Source: Mycobacterium sp. GA-1199 (GTDB lineage: Bacteria; Actinomycetota; Actinomycetes; Mycobacteriales; Mycobacteriaceae). From it: DNA of 32,000 nt. A program made the position numbers and the translations under genes. Where the stretch lies: assembly GCF_001500045.1 (NCBI RefSeq), contig NZ_LQIX01000007.1, forward strand, positions 65,451 to 97,450, read 5' to 3'. Of the stretch, positions 28,311 through 32,000 are shown one piece after another (within the stretch, counting starts at the first letter, position 1; each line of letters opens with the position of its first letter). The notes under the pieces are model-generated. The model ran no database searches. It had not been told where the DNA came from and worked only from the letters and a program-made list of their open reading frames with translations.

Positions 28311-28622
28311 ATGACCAACGATGTCGAGAAGCGCTGGGACCGGCCCAAAGCGTTCCGGGCCGCCGCCACCTACACCGCGGTGGTGGTCGCAGTGGCCGCC
28401 GTAGCCTTCGTCATCTACGCCCTCGTGTCGAAGACTTCCGTCGTCGCCGCCTCGACCGTGCCCACAATTTTGTTCCTCGGCGGGTTGGGCGCGTTCATCA
28501 GGACCTACCGCGAGTGGAAGGCCGAGGGCGCCTGGGTGCAGTGGCAGGGCGCGGGATGGTTCTTGCTCCTGCTGATGCTGGTGTGCCTGTCGATTCCCGG
28601 TGCGGCCGCGATGGCCGACTGA
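28311..28622 (+). CDS. Small hypothetical integral membrane protein (about 3 TM helices)
   Basis: 103 aa with hydrophobic segments AATYTAVVVAVAAVAFVIYALV, VPTILFLGGLGAFI and GWFLLLLMLVCLSIPGAAA. GC3 is coding-like. I recognise no family. Confidence 0.6.
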   Translation: MTNDVEKRWDRPKAFRAAATYTAVVVAVAAVAFVIYALVSKTSVVAASTVPTILFLGGLGAFIRTYREWKAEGAWVQWQGAGWFLLLLMLVCLSIPGAAAMAD

Positions 28623-28672
28623 GACACGATCGAATCCACGTACCTGGCGTCGGCGCGGATGCAGCGGCGTGA

Positions 28673-30517
28673 CTACTCCGACCTGTTGGCGTCCGCTTTC
28701 TCGTCTGCCTTCTCGTCGGACTTCTTCTCAGCACCATCGGCCTTCGCCTTCTGTGCGCCGCTGCCAGCCTTCTTGTCGCCGCCGCCGTCGGCCTTTGCTT
28801 TCTCGCCGCCGCCGTCGGCCTGTGCTTTCTCGCCGCCTCCGTCGACGTCCATCTCCCGGAGCTCACGCTTGAGGATCTTTCCGGTTGGATTGCGCGGCAA
28901 CTCGTCGAGGAAGACCACCTCGCGCGGCACCTTGTAGCGCGCCAGGTGCTCGCGCACGTAATGCTTGATGTCGTCCTCACTGATCGAGGCGCCGTCGGTC
29001 TTGACGACGAAGGCCCGCAACCGGTGGCCCCACTCCTTGTCCTCCACGCCCACCGCGGTGGCCTCGACGACCTCCGGGTGTCCGCTGATCAGGTCTTCCA
29101 CCTCGGCCGGGAACACGTTCTCACCGCCGGACACGATCATCTCGTCGTCGCGGCCGCTGACGTAGAGCAGGCCGTTCTCGTCGAAATAGCCGACGTCGCC
29201 CGACGACATCAGCCCGTCGATGATCTGTTTGTGGCCGCCGCCGGTGTAACCCTCGAACGGGAAGAAGTTGCCGACGAAGATGCGCCCGACCTCGCCCTGC
29301 GGCAGTTCGTTGCCGTCGTCGTCGAGGATCTTGACCTTCACGCCCTTCACCACCGGCCCGACGGTGGCCGGGTTCTTCTCCAGGTCCTGGGGCCGCGCGA
29401 TAGTGGCGAACGCGATCTCGGTCGACCCGTACAAGTTGTAGATGACGGGTCCGAGCATCTTGAGCCCGCGTTGCGCCATCTCCGCGCCCAACTGTGACCC
29501 CGATACGAACACGATCCGCAACGAGGACAGATCGGGCTTGCGCTCCATACCGTCGAGCGCATCGAGCATGCGCGACAACATCACCGGCACGACCACGACC
29601 GCGGTCACCTTGTGCTTCTCGATGTCCTCGAGCACCTTCTCGGCCTTGAACCGTCTGCGTAGCAGCAGCGTCGTGCCCAACATCATCGAGATCGTCGCGT
29701 GCAGGAAGCCCAACGCGTGGAACATCGGCGCCGGAAGCGCGGTGATCTCGCCGCCCCTGAACGGCACATGCGACAGCACGCCGCCGATAGGAGCGAGGGT
29801 GGGCGGTGTACTTCTGTTGGCGCCCTTGGGAGTTCCCGTCGTCCCACTGGTCAAGATGATCACCGACGAATGCTTGGTCGCCTTGGGCGCGGCCTTCCCC
29901 GAGTGGCGGGAGACGAAGTCCTCGAGCGTCTCGTCGGTGCTGTTCGACGGTTCATCCTTGTCGGGGTTCACGCCGAGCGCGCGCAGCTTGCCCAGCGGCG
30001 GATCCGCCTTGGACACGACCTCGCAGTACTCGTCGTCGTAGATGATCAGCTTGGCGCCTTCACGTTCGGACACCTCCTTGACCTGAGGACCGGAGAACTC
30101 ACTGTTGAGCAGGATGATCCGCGCGCCGGTGCGGGCGGCGCCGTACAGCGCAACGAGGAACCACCGGTGGTTGCGGGCCAGGATCGCGACCCCGTCACCG
30201 CCCTTGACGCCCTTCTCCAGCAGGCCGTTGGCCACCGAGTGCGCGGCGTCGTCGAGTTCTTTGAAGGTCATCTCGCCGAAGTCGTCGATGATCGCGGTGC
30301 GCTTCGGGGTGCGGCGCGCGTTCAGGGCCGGGATCATCCCGAACTCGCCCCAGCGACGGATGTCGGCGAGCATTCCGGCGACGTTCTGCGGTGGTTCGAT
30401 CTTGAACGCGCCCGCTCCGAACATCTTGGCGGCGTAGTGCAGCTCGGCCGACCCTCGTTCGACGAGTTGTTGTGCCTTGGCGAACGCTTGCGACGGGAGC
30501 TCGGAGAGTCTTGCCAT
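28673..30517 (-). CDS. fadD2: Fatty-acid-CoA ligase / acyl-CoA synthetase (FadD2/Rv0270-like) with a 58-aa charged C-terminal extension
   Basis: AMP-binding motifs ILTSGTTGTPKGA, YGSTE and SGDVGYFDENGLLYVSGRDDEMIVSGGENVFP, with C-terminal PRNPTGKILKRELREM. An in-frame low-complexity tail (DVDGGGEKAQADGGGEKAKADGGGDKK...) follows. Confidence 0.9.
   Translation of the reverse strand: MARLSELPSQAFAKAQQLVERGSAELHYAAKMFGAGAFKIEPPQNVAGMLADIRRWGEFGMIPALNARRTPKRTAIIDDFGEMTFKELDDAAHSVANGLLEKGVKGGDGVAILARNHRWFLVALYGAARTGARIILLNSEFSGPQVKEVSEREGAKLIIYDDEYCEVVSKADPPLGKLRALGVNPDKDEPSNSTDETLEDFVSRHSGKAAPKATKHSSVIILTSGTTGTPKGANRSTPPTLAPIGGVLSHVPFRGGEITALPAPMFHALGFLHATISMMLGTTLLLRRRFKAEKVLEDIEKHKVTAVVVVPVMLSRMLDALDGMERKPDLSSLRIVFVSGSQLGAEMAQRGLKMLGPVIYNLYGSTEIAFATIARPQDLEKNPATVGPVVKGVKVKILDDDGNELPQGEVGRIFVGNFFPFEGYTGGGHKQIIDGLMSSGDVGYFDENGLLYVSGRDDEMIVSGGENVFPAEVEDLISGHPEVVEATAVGVEDKEWGHRLRAFVVKTDGASISEDDIKHYVREHLARYKVPREVVFLDELPRNPTGKILKRELREMDVDGGGEKAQADGGGEKAKADGGGDKKAGSGAQKAKADGAEKKSDEKADEKADANRSE
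28778..28850. repeat. 27-bp tandem repeat (2 full copies plus a degenerate third) inside the fadD2 3' end
   Basis: gccgccgccgtcggcctttgctttctc (28778-28804) and gccgccgccgtcggcctgtgctttctc (28805-28831) are followed by gccgcctccgtcgacgtcc. On the coding (minus) strand this encodes the (E-K-A-Q/K-A-D-G-G-G) repeats. Confidence 0.9.
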
Positions 30518-30572
30518 GACCCCACCATATGTGACCCACGTCGCAGTGCGGCCGGGAAACTAGCATGACGCT

Positions 30573-31817
30573 ATGGCCGCGCCCCAGAACCTGGAGGTCG
30601 AGGGTCACCAGGTGCCCATCAGCAATCCGGATAAGGTCGTGTTCCCCGATACCGGCGTCACCAAGTCGGACCTGATGCACTACTACCTCAGCGTCGCCGA
30701 GGGCGCCCTGCGCGGTGTGCGCGACCGGCCGATGATCCTCAAACGGTTCGTCAAGGGCATCACCGAGGAGGCGGTGTTCCAGAAGCGCGCGCCGAAGAAG
30801 CGGCCGGACTTCGTCGACGTCGCCGAGCTGAAGTACGCATCCGGGACGTCGGCGGCCGAAGCGGTGCTGCGCGATGCGGCCGGCCTGGTGTGGGCGGTCA
30901 ACCTCGGCTGCGTCGACCTCAATCCCCATCCGGTTCGGGCGGACGATCTGGCGCACCCCGACGAACTGCGCGTGGACCTCGACCCGATGCCGGGCGTCGA
31001 ATGGCCGCAGATCATCGAGGTCGCGCTCGTCGCCCGCGATGTGCTCGAGGACCACGGGCTGACTGCATGGCCCAAGACGTCAGGGTCGCGGGGCTTCCAC
31101 ATCTACGCCCGCATCCAGCGGCGGTGGCCGTTCAAGCTCGTCCGGCTCGCCGCGCAGACGGTGGCCCGCGAAGTCGAACGCCGCGCGCCCGAGATCGCCA
31201 CCGCGCGCTGGTGGAAGGAGGAGCGCGAGGGCGTCTTCGTCGATTTCAACCAGAACGCTTTCGACCGGACCGTCGCCTCGGCCTATTCGGTGCGCGCGAC
31301 GCCGGACGCCAGGGTGTCGACGCCGCTGCTCTGGAGCGAGGTGCCCGGCTGCCGGCCGGATGCGTTCACGATCGCGACGGTGCCCCAACGATTCACCGAA
31401 CTCGGTGACCCATGGGAGGGCATCGACGATTCGGCGGGATCGCTGGACGCGCTGCTGGACCTCGCCGACCGACAAGGCCCGGCGGAAAGGGCACCGCGCG
31501 GGGCCAAACGTTCGAGCGGAGGAACCGGCCGCCGGGTCTCCTCGAAGCCGCTCATCGAGATCGCCCGCACGAAGACCAAGGACGAGGCGATGGCGGCGTT
31601 GGAGGAGTGGCGACGACGGCACCCGTCGGTAGCCGAAAAGTTGGAACCTGCAGACATTCTGGTCGACGGTATGCGCGGACCCAGTTCGATCTGGTACCGC
31701 ATCCGGATCAACCTGCAGCACGTGCCCGAAGACGAGCGGCCCGCACAGGAGGAGCTGCTCGCCGACTACAGCCCGTGGGAGAACTACTCCGGGCCCCAGG
31801 GGATGCAGCGCGACTAG
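30573..31817 (+). CDS. Stand-alone LigD polymerase/primase-domain protein (AEP superfamily; PolD2 / Rv0269c-like)
   Basis: Contains ISNPDKVVFPDTGVTKSDLMHYY, VDLNPHPVRADDLAHPDELRVDLDP (catalytic DxD context), TSGSRGFHIY and DFNQNAFDRTVASAYSVR, the LigD-Pol signature blocks. There is a basic C-terminal extension. Confidence 0.88.
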   Translation: MAAPQNLEVEGHQVPISNPDKVVFPDTGVTKSDLMHYYLSVAEGALRGVRDRPMILKRFVKGITEEAVFQKRAPKKRPDFVDVAELKYASGTSAAEAVLRDAAGLVWAVNLGCVDLNPHPVRADDLAHPDELRVDLDPMPGVEWPQIIEVALVARDVLEDHGLTAWPKTSGSRGFHIYARIQRRWPFKLVRLAAQTVAREVERRAPEIATARWWKEEREGVFVDFNQNAFDRTVASAYSVRATPDARVSTPLLWSEVPGCRPDAFTIATVPQRFTELGDPWEGIDDSAGSLDALLDLADRQGPAERAPRGAKRSSGGTGRRVSSKPLIEIARTKTKDEAMAALEEWRRRHPSVAEKLEPADILVDGMRGPSSIWYRIRINLQHVPEDERPAQEELLADYSPWENYSGPQGMQRD

Positions 31818-31935
31818 AATTTGCTAGCGAACGCAAAATCTGCTTCTTACCAAAGTATTAGCCGCCGTTGGCGCTTGCCTTAATCTCGCCGCATAAGTTG
31901 GGCTTCATCGAAGCTGAACAATCGAGGAGGCGGTG

Positions 31936-32000
31936 ATGTACGGGAATCCGACATTCGACTGCGCCGGGGCCCAGCTTCATGCGGTGTGCCGCCAGCTGGC
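31936..32000 (+). CDS. Possible 5' end of an unidentified gene running off the right edge
   Basis: ATG at 31936 is preceded by GAGGAGG 6-12 nt upstream, after a comparatively AT-rich 118-nt spacer. It reads MYGNPTFDCAGAQLHAVCRQL.... This is too short to identify. Confidence 0.3.
   Translation, partial: MYGNPTFDCAGAQLHAVCRQL

Noticed and set aside
28118-28369. An 83-aa minus-strand ORF overlapping the two small plus-strand genes.
   Set aside because: The plus-strand ORFs have signal-peptide or TM features and better third-position G/C bias, and the minus-strand translation has no such features.
28659-28937. A 92-aa plus-strand ORF with repeated SAFAFS/PPPS motifs.
   Set aside because: It is the antisense reading of the 27-bp tandem repeat in the fadD2 tail. 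The repeats are explained by the minus-strand coding sequence.

Overview
This is a high-G+C, mycobacterial-type chromosomal segment. A complete ESX-3 type VII secretion locus dominates it on the minus strand, running from 18737 down to 4208 in the order eccA3-eccB3-eccC3-PE5-PPE4-esxG-esxH-espG3-eccD3-mycP3-eccE3. Most gene junctions overlap or nearly touch. A 108-nt upstream region carries IdeR-type iron-box-like sites built from a thrice-repeated 8-mer. The left flank holds cysD (partial), a cysN/cysC fusion, the tam methyltransferase and an Rv0293c-like alpha/beta-hydrolase-fold protein. The right flank holds an Rv0281-like SAM methyltransferase, an alpha/beta-hydrolase/class III adenylate cyclase fusion, a divergent MpaB-family oxygenase and TetR regulator, a VOC/glyoxalase protein, an alpha/beta hydrolase, a D-2-hydroxyacid dehydrogenase, a two-domain acyl-CoA dehydrogenase (fadE6-like), two small secreted/membrane proteins, an acyl-CoA synthetase (fadD2-like) with an unusual charged repeat tail, and a stand-alone LigD-polymerase-domain protein (PolD2/Rv0269c-like). 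From memory, the gene order mirrors M. tuberculosis Rv0269c-Rv0294 with a few lineage-specific replacements. I recognise no rRNA, tRNA, CRISPR array, IS/transposase or prophage gene. Most long ORFs antisense to the genes listed are high-GC artefacts. I see no convincing evidence for an undescribed multi-gene system. The central system is the well-known ESX-3. The more unusual items are smaller: the promoter half-site architecture, the membrane-like C-terminal half of PPE4, a 14-bp tandem repeat creating stacked mini-ORFs ahead of a small secreted Cys protein, the FadD2 tail, and the cyclase with an altered hydrolase nucleophile.
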